Shown piece by piece: positions 1-11,457 of a DNA stretch of 64,000 nucleotides. The DNA is from Hormiphora californensis (Eukaryota > Animalia > Ctenophora): assembly GCA_020137815.1 (NCBI GenBank), contig CM035350.1, positions 7,378,001 to 7,442,000 of the forward strand, in the 5' to 3' direction. Position 1 is the first letter of the stretch. Each line of letters begins with the position of its first letter. The translations under genes and the position numbers were made by a program. The notes under the pieces were generated by a model. That model worked only from the letters and a program-made list of their open reading frames with translations, was not told where the DNA came from and did no database searches.

Positions 1-623
1 TGAGCTCACCCTAAACACGGACTTGTTGATGTTATAATTATTATTGTGAACTAACAAGGGGTTGTAGAAATGAGCAATGCAAACCAATCTAACAATTATC
101 AAAAGTGTCGGAAGCAAAACAAAATACCTGATTTTTGAAATCGTAGTCGTTTTTAAGGATGGCCTGTTGGTACTTTGTAAGGTAGTAGTCCAGTTTCCTC
201 TTAGAGGGATCACCACACATCTAGTCAAAGGTGGGAATTATACATCTGAGGTAAAATCAAGTAAATAAATTTTAACAGAAACATTAATAAATTGTTAACA
301 GCAAATTAAAAACAGACTAGAAAATTAAAAACAGCCTAGAACATAAAATAAGAAAAGACGAGAGAAAGGAATTTAAATACCTGAGTAAAAGGGTCATCCA
401 TTGAAAACTTGACATCTTGACAACCATCCACCGATACATTATAGATCTTTATCTGCTGACAGTGCAGCGTCACATAGGGCAGGTGGTCTGTCTGGGGTCG
501 AAGGGTGAGTTCGGTGTAACCAGCCAAGGATTTCCTGGAAAAGTTAACCGACCCAATCGATATGATCTGATGGACCACCTCATACTCATCCGTATCAGAC
601 TTGTCTCCTCCGCCTCCACCCAT
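1..623 (-). CDS. TAF2: TFIID subunit 2 (TAF2/TAFII150), 5' exons; gene continues beyond the window start
   Basis: Exons 623-381 (MGGGGGDKSDTDEYEVVHQIISIGSVNFSRKSLAGYTELTLRP...DDPFTQ), 220-128 (MCGDPSKRKLDYY...DFKNQ) and 10-1 (GEL) have GT/AG ends and consistent phase. They match the TAF2 N-terminus (HQ..I..INFQRKS..G..EL...DP...GEL). Confidence 0.85.
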
Positions 624-856
624 AGTTAGGACATAGTGTGCTAATCTGTGTTGGAGATATAGTTCGATAAAGAGTTGGGTGGGGTGGTATTGGGATTTGG
701 GTAAGTGTCTGAAAAAGAGGAGGGAATCAAATAATTGGACACGGGTGTGTTTGTGATTGTAATGAGTTGTCAGATACAGTTCAATAATGCTATACAACAA
801 GTCACATGTGCAACTGGTCCATATTATATAGGTACAAATAAAAACCACGTCAGACC

Positions 857-2599
857 TCAGTAATTTCGGACCTGAGCATCTTTCAGATAAGTCTGTAGAG
901 CATCCAACCGTGCATCGATCTCTGCTATCTCAGAATCTTTAGTGAAACTCAGATTACTAACGTTGTTCAAGTATCTCCTGTTGTTGTTTTCCTTGTCACT
1001 CCCTTGGTTCACATACCTCCCCTCCTCCTCCTCATCCTCTATCTCACTCCCTCCTGCACTGCTACAACTCCCCCCTCCACGCACAAGATTATCCCGGATA
1101 ATATCCCGTACTACCCCAGAGGGCGGGCGGTTATGATATAAACTAGGGCTAGCCTTCCTCTTCTCCACGGGAGTTGAGCGTGCACGGGGTAGGTATGTGT
1201 TTGTACGGACTTCTCGAGCTTTCTTCGAACGATTCTCCTCTATTCTCCGCTGTTTATCTCTCACATAAGCACTCGGATCGAATCGTGGCCCTGGGGAGGG
1301 AGTTCTGACTCTCCTCCTACCTCCCCCCTCAGAACTAGCAGGTCTCCTTCTCTCCATGCTACCTGATCTCTCCACGCTCCCAGCTCTACTGCCTGATCTC
1401 TCCACGCTCCCAGCTCTACTGCCTGATCTCTCCACGCTCCCAGCTCTGCTGCCTGACCTTTCCACGCTCCCAGCTCTACTGCCTGATCTCTCCACGCTCC
1501 CAGCTCTGCTACCTCGTCCAACACTTCCCGTCCTGCTACCAGCACTGGTATTTCTGCTGCCACAACTATTGCGTGTGGCAGGTCTGTTCCTCTCAAAACT
1601 GTTTCGCCGGGGATTCCGCTCGAAACTGCCCGCTCGCGGATTTCGATCAAAACTGCTTTGTCGACTGTTGGTTCGGTTACGATCGAAACTACTCTGCCGA
1701 CTTCCTGACCGGTTTCTCTCATTTTGTCTGCCTGAGCTCCGTTTGTTGTTTGTGTTTCCTGGTCCGGGGCTACTACGAGGTGTACTGCTTCGGTACAATT
1801 TGTTCCGTTTCTCCACATTCAACTCTGTAGTGACACTCCTCAATTTCACAGTGAGAGCCCTGTTTTCCGTCCTCAAATTCTCAACCTCTAATACCAGTTT
1901 CCTGCACTCTACTCCCTTCTTGTCAAGGGCACGCTGGTACTTGTTCTTCTCCCGGATCATATCAGACTCAAGGTTGTGAAGTGCGTTTTGGAGGGTTTTC
2001 ACTAAGTTCGCCTGCTCTCCCTTATCTTTCATTCCTCCCCGCAGCTCGTCAATATGTTTCTTCAACTCAGCGTTCTCTGAACAATATGGGGCGTGTTTCC
2101 GCTTGTAGGGCGATGTCACACTGACTATCTGAGTTTTTAACCGGTCTATCTCATCCTGCAACTTGGCAACATTGTCCTCAACTTCTGCAGTTGACATTTT
2201 CCCAGCAAACTGGAGCGGTAGAGGATAGTTTACGGTATCATACTTTACACGGTATGTCAGGATAAGGTAACGTTTATTGTCCGATGACTTAGACATGCCC
2301 TTCCCTCCGCCCTTTAGATCAAGTAGATCAGTATATGTTAGAATGTCAATAAACACATCATCTGTAGTGTGTGTGATCGCATCCCCTAACATCTTGATGA
2401 AGGTGCTGTACTTCTTAAAGCTTCCTGTTTTGCGGGTCATGGTTTCAATCTGCTCGCTGGTAAACTGTGCCCTCCACACCTCCCCCGTTTTAAGTTTCTG
2501 GGTTTCGACCTCGCATGTGGTCCCAGTTCGTTTAATACATTTGATGCTGTACTCTACGTCGCGACTGTAGATTGTTCCTGATGCAAGATCACCGGACAT
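857..2599 (-). CDS. CCDC61: Coiled-coil domain-containing protein 61 (VFL3, SAS6-like head), single exon
   Basis: The uninterrupted ORF has WRAQFTSEQIETMTRKTGSFKKY, DILTYTDL, KRYLILTY.V..D.V.YPLPL, a coiled coil, RFDPSAYV and a C-terminal EIDARLDALQ. The likely ATG at 2599 lies just after an acceptor-like TTTTATTCAG. Confidence 0.92.
   Translation of the reverse strand: MSGDLASGTIYSRDVEYSIKCIKRTGTTCEVETQKLKTGEVWRAQFTSEQIETMTRKTGSFKKYSTFIKMLGDAITHTTDDVFIDILTYTDLLDLKGGGKGMSKSSDNKRYLILTYRVKYDTVNYPLPLQFAGKMSTAEVEDNVAKLQDEIDRLKTQIVSVTSPYKRKHAPYCSENAELKKHIDELRGGMKDKGEQANLVKTLQNALHNLESDMIREKNKYQRALDKKGVECRKLVLEVENLRTENRALTVKLRSVTTELNVEKRNKLYRSSTPRSSPGPGNTNNKRSSGRQNERNRSGSRQSSFDRNRTNSRQSSFDRNPRAGSFERNPRRNSFERNRPATRNSCGSRNTSAGSRTGSVGRGSRAGSVERSGSRAGSVERSGSRAGSVERSGSRAGSVERSGSRAGSVERSGSMERRRPASSEGGGRRRVRTPSPGPRFDPSAYVRDKQRRIEENRSKKAREVRTNTYLPRARSTPVEKRKASPSLYHNRPPSGVVRDIIRDNLVRGGGSCSSAGGSEIEDEEEEGRYVNQGSDKENNNRRYLNNVSNLSFTKDSEIAEIDARLDALQTYLKDAQVRNY
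1359..1512 (-). repeat. 30-bp coding tandem repeat (SGSRAGSVER x~5) within CCDC61
   Basis: Repeated ctgcctgatctctccacgctcccagctcta units. Confidence 0.9.
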
Positions 2600-3649
2600 G
2601 TTGGCAATACACTTTCCTGAATAAAACATAACGTTATCGAAACATGATTTAACAAAAGTATTATTCAATTGGCAAAATTCGAATAACGAATAACGATCGA
2701 ACGCATACTAGACCGAAATTGGGGGTTATTATTACTAGAGGTTTCTAAAAATGACTGAGACGACGCTAATATGGAGGCGAGACACTGTGTTGAGACGTGC
2801 ATAATGCGACACGCATTTTGGCATTGCGACTGTTTTGAATTTCGAGTGAAACTGCCAAAAAAAGTGAAAAAAATTTTGTCTCCAAAAGTTTCAAAATCTT
2901 TTTTGTTTGACTTAGGGCATGTCTGTGATCGAAAAAATAGTACATTTGCGCCTACTCAGTTGTAGCGATGGAGTAAAACCCCTTTTATTGTCAAATTTAG
3001 ACTTTTTTGGCTGTCATTTCTTGTCTAAATCGCACAATCTTCGGCTCGTTGGGAAGAGGTCATCGAGGACTTTCTAATGACTACACGATCAATTAATTCA
3101 GTGCTACATCTCTGAGGCCGTGTTTATAAAAGAAGTGTTTCAAACTGTTCTGCGTAAATTTTTCGCCGTTTTAGCACCAATTTTGATGTCCTGAGGCATG
3201 AGCTGCATTGAAGCCTGCAATTTGAAGGATCTCAATGCATTGGCTGACACTTGACAGCGCTTTTCAACTTGGGGCTGCAGCGCACTCCAACTTGTCAACG
3301 AAAATGAAAAACAAGTTAAACAGTCAACAAAAACGGCCAACAAACCAAAACAGTGCAAATAAGGAAAACGTTAAAATCTGGGTGCCTTTCATTGCTAACA
3401 ATTCGTAGTTTTGGCGCGCGCGACGGGTTAGGGCTATCCGTTAGGGTCTGGTTAGGGTTTGGTTTGGGGTTATCGGTTAGGGCTATCGATTCTCTAACTG
3501 ATACCGTTTAGTTTACTCAAATCGGCCATGTGGTTCCATGGCTATAGCCGTTTGAAAAAAGTCGGTCTAAGTATACTCTTTTGGTAGCGCGCACCTGTAA
3601 GCAAGGCACCCATATTATAATCGCGCCCTGCAAATAACCAACGCGCATT

Positions 3650-4416
3650 TTGGCATACGTTGCAGGCCCCTTATAATATAATATAAGGGGCCTGGAGGGA
3701 ATACCGCGCTAGGGGGGAATACATAATCAATCATATCTCCGGTTCCAGATAAGGTACAGAAATCGTTTTGGTAGCGTTGGAAAGAGGAAGATAACAGCTT
3801 TCAAATGCAACCGGTTTCAGGTCTCTATCTTATCAGGAACAGGAGATATGAACCAAACTCCGCAAAATCGAGTGCGGTAAAATCAAAATTTGAATGAAAT
3901 TTTAAAAAAGGTGTCCCTGCAAGAATCTGTGACGTCACTTTTTGAAAACAACCCATCTTTCAACGGCTATTGCTCAGCCTCCTTAAGTCCAATTAACTTC
4001 TCTCAAAAACAGCAAGGTAGATAATCGTCAGATCTAACAACTGGTGAAAGAATCAAGTCAAACGGACTTAAGGAGCCAAAGTTATAAGCACCGCCGTTTT
4101 TTCGACCGCAAAGTTATCTTCGACCCAGCCGGGATCAGGCCAAACGCGCGCGCGGCATTCCTTCCAGTCCCCTCGTTGCGGGGGTGCGCGCATGAGGGGG
4201 CTGCAGCGCATTCCAAACGCGCATTCGTCGATTTTGATCCGACGCGCAAATCAATCTAATGCGCGCGATGCAACGCCGCGCGCTTTTAGCCTCTCGGGTT
4301 CAAACCTTTTTAAAAAAATTCCAAGATGGCCGTTTTAATTGTTGGAATGCGCTGCAGCCCCCTCATGCGCGCACCCCCGCAATATTATATTATAAGGGGC
4401 CTGCAACGTATGCCAA
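3650..4416. mobile_element. Non-autonomous TIR element with nested inverted repeats
   Basis: ttggcatacgttgcaggccccttataatataat at 3650 is mirrored at 4384-4416. An inner inverted pair lies at 4176-4216 and 4342-4382. The termini resemble those of the element at 60135-60540. Confidence 0.7.
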
Positions 4417-4494
4417 TTTTAATTGAAAAGTGCTGCCTGACTATACTCCATTTTTTTTCAACTGTTCACCTCCCAAAGTCGTGCGCGGAATTGT

Positions 4495-4671
4495 TGTAAG
4501 AAGACAGCCAAACTTATTGAAAACAAACACGGAGAAATCTACAGTGAGGCTTTGGCGGCAATCAGAAGGCGGCTCAGATTCTGCCTCCTGGTAGCCACCC
4601 TGAGGTCACTGAGAGGATGCCGTACAAAGTACGCCCCAACAGGATTGGAAAACATGGACTTCAATATTTGA
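4495..4671 (+). mobile_element. 3' fragment of a CRE-clade (restriction-like endonuclease) non-LTR retrotransposon
   Basis: It translates to KKTAKLIENKHGEIYSEALAAIRRRLRFCLLVATLRSLRGCR...*, the typical CRE C-terminal motif (YS.....IR.RL.F.LL..TL..LRG.R). Confidence 0.65.
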
Positions 4672-5007
4672 AACATGTGTGAGATTTTATTTATTTATGT
4701 ATAGTAATATTTGAGTGATTTTAAGATTTATTTATTACTAACCCCAACACCGGGGGCAAATGATCGAACCCAATGTGAATGAGACTCATCGCGATTAACT
4801 CTTCATATGGTTACCCCCTTTCTCTCTTCGGCAGCTTCTCTTCGGCTGTTGGAAAGTGATGCCAATCGGTGTTGGGGTTAGTGAATTTTCAAAAAAGTTT
4901 TGCGCGTTTATCACATGTTAACGTGTAGCGCGCGCAGCGTAAATTAAAATATTGCACGCGCACGAGTTGAGGGGTGAACAGTTGAATAAAAATGGACTTT
5001 AAATTAA

Positions 5008-5155
5008 AGTCGGATTTTTTGAAGTTGTCACCCCAAATGACCGCGCATGTGAAATTTATCAATTTTGACGCGCACACCACACGTTAACATGTGATGTGAC
5101 GCGCAAAAACATTCCGCGCACAAGAAGGGGGGTGACAACTTCAAAAAATCCGACT
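5008..5155. mobile_element. ~148-bp MITE with AG..CT termini and TTAA-type target (Kolobok-like), copy 1
   Basis: TIR agtcggattttttgaagttgtcacccc / ggggtgacaacttcaaaaaatccgact, flanked by TTAA and TTAC. An inverted copy lies at 41129-41277 and a partial end near 40101. Confidence 0.8.
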
Positions 5156-5163
5156 TTACTACT

Positions 5164-5786
5164 ATGCTGACACTCTACAAGTCACTGATAAGGTGTAAAG
5201 TGGAATACTGTTCTCCCCTGTGGTCTTCCTACAAGATTATTGACATTCAGGCTCTGGAAAGTATCCAAAGACAATTCACCAGAAGGATGAAAAACATGGC
5301 ACAGTTTGACTACTGGGAACGGCTGAAAAAGCTTAGACTGATGTCATTACAACGACGGGGGAGCGATATTCGATAATACAAATGTGGAAAATCCATAATG
5401 GTGCAGCCCCTAACAGCACGAATACCCGGTTTTACCATCATCAACGGCTCGGCGTCCGAGCCGAAGTACTTACCTACTCTTTACAGTGGAGCACAGAAGT
5501 CATTCTCAACAAAATACTTCCACTCTTTTACTGTAAGGGCCGCTCGGCTTTGGAACACATTGCCGAAAGAGGTTAATACAGCGGTGACCTTAGATACGTT
5601 CAAGATCCTGCTGGGCCGTTGGCTGGACCACTTCCCTGAAATCCACCTGTGAAGGGTTATTCTACCCGGAACAACAATTCTATCATGGACTGGGTTTTGG
5701 AGGTTCGAGCTAAAGGGGGATGCTGAAAAGACTGACACCGGTTACGATTCTGTAATAAAGTATATTTATCAAGTTTATCAAGTTTA
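5164..5786 (+). mobile_element. 5'-truncated, frameshifted CR1-like LINE 3' end
   Basis: It encodes LYKSLIRCKVEYCSPLW..LESIQRQFTR..ERLKKLRLMSLQRR and SFTVRAARLWNTLP, and ends in a short (tttatcaag) tandem tail. Confidence 0.85.
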
Positions 5787-6676
5787 TGTCGACGCGACGT
5801 CAGACGAGGTATCATCTGCCTGGAACTGATTGGCCAAATTCGTCTACAGATCTACTTTCGAGTCGAAAGTAAACGAACTTGGCCAATCAGTCGTTTGCGG
5901 TTTGACGTTTCGACTCAGTCTGAGTCACTCAGAGCGCTGTTAATAGTCGACAGATGACAGAAAATAACACGCCTTTCAATTCTAGTTCCTATTTTCGAGT
6001 TGAAACTTTGAGTAGTTAAGTGAGAACTGAGATAACACGTACAAGGAACATATTGTATTACAAGTGTAGGAGTTATACTACCGCCCTTTCTTATCTGTTC
6101 ACTTCGAAGAATTTACGTTACTATAACCAGGGCTGGAGCCTGGAAACTGTCCGCCGGGGATACTACCGCATTTATGTGACATTCTAAACTTTTCTATCCG
6201 CCAAATTATTTTCCTGTCTCCTTTATTCACCCCATCTCTTGCTCCATCTCTATTCTGCATAATATCCCCTTCCTATCCAGGGTGATATAATCTGCCGAGT
6301 TTTGTTTTACTTGATCTCCTGCTGTATGTGTATCTTATCATTGCATTCTAATGCTAATTGACCAATCCATTAGCTAATTAGATATTGTGTTTATCTCAGT
6401 GTGTGTGTCGCTATTAGTGTCATGTGTATTATCACATGTGCCGTCAGCGGCGTGTAACAGTTTTTTAGTCATCGGATATATTTACACACGCAGAGAGAAC
6501 AACAGCAATAGCTCATTACACACCGGAAATTTACCCGAACAATCGCGAAAGACAGTTTGATTGGCTAATATTGCACTAAGCTGTGTTTCGCTCCTTGTTA
6601 TATTCTAACCCTCCAAGCAAGGGTTGAGAAATGCACTCCTGTTTGAAGATCACATTTTCCTCCCAAATTCCACACA

Positions 6677-6876
6677 TGACTAACAATCACACCCCTCTCT
6701 CTTTAGCTAACAGTAGGCCAGCTCCTGCCCATGATCCTGTATGACTAACAATCACACCTCTCCCCATTTTAGCTAACAGTAGGCCAGCTCCTGCCCATGA
6801 TCCTGTTTGACTAACATTCCCCCTCCCCATTTTTAGCTAACAGTAGGCCAGCTCCTGCCCATGATCCTGTATGACT
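6677..6876 (+). repeat. Triplicated ~65-bp unit consisting of branch point, polypyrimidine tract, AG and exon start
   Basis: (a/t)tgactaaca...tttag ctaacagtaggccagctcctgcccatgatcctgt occurs at 6677, 6741 and 6807. Confidence 0.9.
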
Positions 6877-9800
6877 GACGGATACTACTGTTGCCGCTGT
6901 GAGATAGACTTTGATTCGGATGCCAAGTTTGTACAGCACAACACTCTATTCCATGATAACCTGCCCTCCTCCTCCCCGGGGGATACATGGACGGAGTTTA
7001 GTGGAGGTGGTGGTGGGGGAGGAGATGGTACCCTTACAATCTATGTGGTGAGTTGAACTAATTAGTAGACAGTCTCAACAATTGGATAGCATTTCTACTG
7101 CCTGGTTTGTAGGCGACCCATCATTTTATCTTACAATTTAAGTGGGCTGTCCATTGCGTTACAATTCAAGTGGGCTGTCCAATCTTGCGTTACAATTCAA
7201 GTGAGTGGTTTGTTTACCAACATGTCAAATTCACAGTAGTTATAGCAATTCAAGGAAAACTTAAGGTTGCTGTAGTTTCTGGGGAAAGGAATTGTTTTTG
7301 ATTGCTGAATTGCCAACATTACCGCCGTACCTCAGCTCAAAAACAGTGTGTAGTGTGTACCCCCACACTTGGTAAACATGCTATGCAGTTAGTCACTACA
7401 CTCTCTTACTGTCTGTGTTTGTTTGTTCTGCACCGCGGGGCGAATATTTTATTTATGCAGTATATATATGCGGAGTTGTAATTGGGCAATTTATCTTTCC
7501 TCTCCTGAGTCCAGGACAGGAACTGCTGCTTAGTATGTGACAGGTTGGAAACTGAGAGAGGGAGAGAGAGTGAAATGAAATTGGCCTGTAAAAGGCATAT
7601 AATGGGAAAGAATTAAGTTTCTTTGGATAAACACATTTTAATGAGCCAAGGGGCATTCCAGCAGGCTATAAGAAATATGAAGAAGTAAAAAACCCAGAGA
7701 TAGAGAGATGAAAATGTAAATTATATGATAATGAGAGACTGAGAGAGAGAGGGATAGAGAGAGAAGCGATGACAGATATATTGGTTCACTATTTGATGTG
7801 TTTCCTCTAAATATGGAATGACTCAGTAACATACTCGAGTGCCTATATTTTGCCCTGCTTCTACACCTGTATATCGTGCAGCCTATGTAGATATGAAAAT
7901 ATGCGCCTGTCTGTTCTACTTCCTTCCTTCCTCAACCCGTCAGAACCGCTTAGGAAACGGTGCCAAACATTTCCCCAGGTCTGAACACTTCTAAAACTTG
8001 TACTATCCAGCTACCGCGTGGTGGTAACTATTCAGAATCAAACGTGGCACATCTGCACTTGTCACACAAAAGACAGCCTAGCCTGCAAAGGGTCTCCTCA
8101 AAAGACCACACGTGTGTGTTGTCCGGTGCCAACTCAGAGTTGGCAACTCTCACTTTGTCTCATATGAGACTTACTGCGTGAGGCCGCGTGCGAGATGTTA
8201 CAGTCAGTAGGGTAGGAGGGGGTAATTCGGGTCAGTTGGTAATTCGGGTCACTTGTTTGTAATTCGGGCCATTCTAATGTAACAAGATTTGGCGGGAAAA
8301 TTTGAAATACGGAATATCGTTCATTTCCCGATTTTGGATTCAATTGGTATTCCCGTGAATTTGCGGAATTTTTTCGAGAAGAAAACATATGATTTTATCC
8401 AATGGGATAATTCAGCACTTATTGGCTAAGTTTTTGAAGGAATTACGTCATTATTGATTTACCAAAATGACGTCATAAAACAGTGTGTCTAATTCGGGTC
8501 ATGTTTGTAATTCGGGTCACAGGCAAAGCGGCTAATTCGGGTCACCTTATTTTTGCGATAAATCAGCAAGTTTGAGTGATTTCTGGCCCCATATTTTATG
8601 TTTTTTTCTCGATTTGGGGCCTCTGGGGGCCTTTAGGGGCCTCTTGGGGCCTCTAGGGGCCTCTAAGGGGCATCTAGGGGCTTTTAGGGGTCTCAAGGGG
8701 TCTCTAGGGGGCCTCTGGGGGCCTCTGGGCGCCTATAGGGGCCTCTAGGGGGCCTCTAGGGGGCCTCTAGGGGCCTCTAGGTGCCTCTAGGTGCCTCTAG
8801 GGGCCTCTAGGGGGCCTCTGGGGGCCTCTAGGGGGCCTCAAGGGGGCCTCAAGGGGGCCTCAAGGGGGCCTCTAGGGGGCCTCTGGGGGCCTCTAGGGGC
8901 CTCTAGGGGCTTCTAGGGGCCTTAAGGGGCCTTAAGGGGTCTCAAGGGGTCTCTAGGGGTCCTCTAGGGGCCTTAAGGGGTCTCAAGGGGTCTCTAGGGG
9001 GCCTCTAGGGGCCTCTAGGGGCCTCTAGGGGCCTCTAGGGGCCTCTAGGGGCCCTAGAGGGGCCTCTAGGGGCATCTAGGGGCCTCTGGGGGCCTCTAGG
9101 GTCCTCTAGGGTCCTCTAGGGGCTTCTAGGGGCTTCTAGGGGCCTTAAGGGGTCTCAAGGGGCCTCTAGGGGCCCCTAGAGGCCCCTAGAGGGGCCTTTA
9201 GGGGTCTCTAGGGGCCTCTAGGGGGCCTCTAGAGGCCCCTAGAGGCCCCTAAAACAGCCAACCAACAGCTGGCCCGAATTACAAACACTTGACCCGAATT
9301 AACCGCATGATTTCAGCGGCAACACGCTGTGTTGGTAATTCGGGTCATTTGGTCACGTGTTTGTTTGCGAGGGCTGTGATTGGCTGAATACGCGCGTGGC
9401 CCGATTTAGCCACTGACCCGAATTACCAACAATACGCAAACTAACGATTTCGTGGGCTTTTTTATGTATGAAAAAGGTTGGATTTGAAAACTTCAACAGT
9501 CCAAATATCTTAACAAGTGTCACATTGGATAAATTGAATAGATTTTATGTGCAGACATTCTGCCACAACCAAGGGAATACCACTTTAATCAAAAAGGTGA
9601 CCCGAATTACCCCCGCCTACCCTACCTGACAACTCTCACTCTAGTCTAAATATGTATCTCACTTTTTCGAGCTATCACAATTAAATGATCACTCTTTTTC
9701 AGAGTCGGAAGGTGGAGGGAGAACACGACTTTGCTGCCCAAGCCCTGAAATGCCCCAGCAAATGTTTCTTCTGTGAACAAATAATTTGGGAAGTCGCGTT

Positions 9801-10031
9801 TTGGTGAGTTTGTGACACACACATAGTATAATAGACAGGGATAGAAATATATAGAGAGATGGAGTATTAAAATAGTGGCTGACTGGCAGGAAGATTGATA
9901 AATGGAGAGGTCTCAGGTCAGAGGAGTAAAAAAAGAGTGTGACTGACTATTTCCGCCTGTCAATAGTGCTATTGTGTGGGCAGTGTTTTTGGCTGATCGG
10001 CATCTCTTTTATCTTGTTGTCTGCAGTAGGT

Positions 10032-10075
<44 letters not shown>

Positions 10076-11323
10076 TCACCACAGGTGCCACTCCCCTTTA
10101 TAATCTGTCTCTCCCTCCCTTTATTTTCACTCTCTATCTTCATGACTTCTATCTGACTATATTTTTGTGATAATTGTCCCCTTCAACGCCGTATACCCAT
10201 TCACACAACGCTAGATGTTTCAACCTCGCCCTTTCAGGTTAGTGCACTGCATAGATTCACTATGTCATTCTCTCTCTCTCTCTGTCTAGCGTTCATGTTG
10301 TCCTCTCTTTCTCTCATTTTCTCTCTCTTGCCCTCTCTCCCACTCTCCCTCTCTCTCTTTCTCCCAAGCCTTCCAGATGTCTAAGACATAAAATGTTCCC
10401 ACCCCAGGAAAACTAAACTCTCATTCCTGCAAGTACTTCTTTCTTATTAATCAGAGAAGGGGAAGGTCGCTTCGTATAACCGCAGACCTATTTTTGCCGA
10501 GTCTTTTTTACAGCTTTATGAATGAATTTATGAATTTTACTTCTTTTGCTGCTGCTCCACAATCTTCAAAAATTTGAGTTTATGCCACATTAGGGATTTA
10601 TACCATGTATGCTTGGTGCTGCACTGTTGCTGCACTGTTGGGCGTTGGATTGTGTTGAGTTAGGCCATATCCCAGTCCAGAGACACGGCAAGTGATACAG
10701 GCCCCATTTGGTGACATAGACACCTGGCGGGTCGTGTCAGGTGTCTATGTCACCAACAGCCCCATTAGGTCTCAATTTAGTACAATTTAGTACCCAAATT
10801 GTATGGAGATCGGAGAGGAATTTTTCCAATCAATTATAGGCACATGTGTTAGTATTTTTCCTTGGAATCAGGTCTAGGATAGATCGGTAGAATGCTTTGG
10901 TGTATCGAGAGACGTTGTAATTGGGTGCTTAGATCTCTCCCTGTGGGTCGCGTGGGAACGGTCTTTCTCTTTCTGTCTCTCTGGCGTTCCCTGTCACGAA
11001 GCATCATCACTGCTAGAGATGAGAGAAGAGAGAGAGAGAGAGATGGAGAGAAGAGAGTGAGAGAGAGAGAGATAGAGAAGCCCTCCCCTAGTGATATGCT
11101 CTGTACATAGTGTGTGTGTTTCTGTAAAGCCCTATTCAGTGCCGAGCTCTCTCCGTGTCGCACTTCGAGCTTTGCCATACTATCATTTATGTTTTTATAC
11201 CAAACATGTATATATACTGCTGCAAAATGCTAAGAAGTTCCCATCCTGACTTTGACTGTCTTCCACTACTTTCTTCCTTCAACAATCAACATCTTGCTTC
11301 TCAGGCATTTCACTGTCAGTGAT

Positions 11324-11355
<32 letters not shown>

Positions 11356-11425
11356 GGGAGACGAGAGAGGAGAGAGAGAGGAGAGATAGAGAGAGAGATA
11401 GAGAGAGAGAAAGAGCGGAAGAGAG

Positions 11426-11457
<32 letters not shown>

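Noticed and set aside
1261-1979. Alternative and antisense ORFs (185 aa, 207 aa) over CCDC61
   Set aside because: They are by-products of the 30-bp coding repeat and low-complexity Ser/Arg codons.
3424-3485. Interstitial telomere-like ggttaggg repeats
   Set aside because: They are short, degenerate and embedded in transposon-like sequence. A similar taaccc run is part of the dispersed repeat at ~60025-60060.
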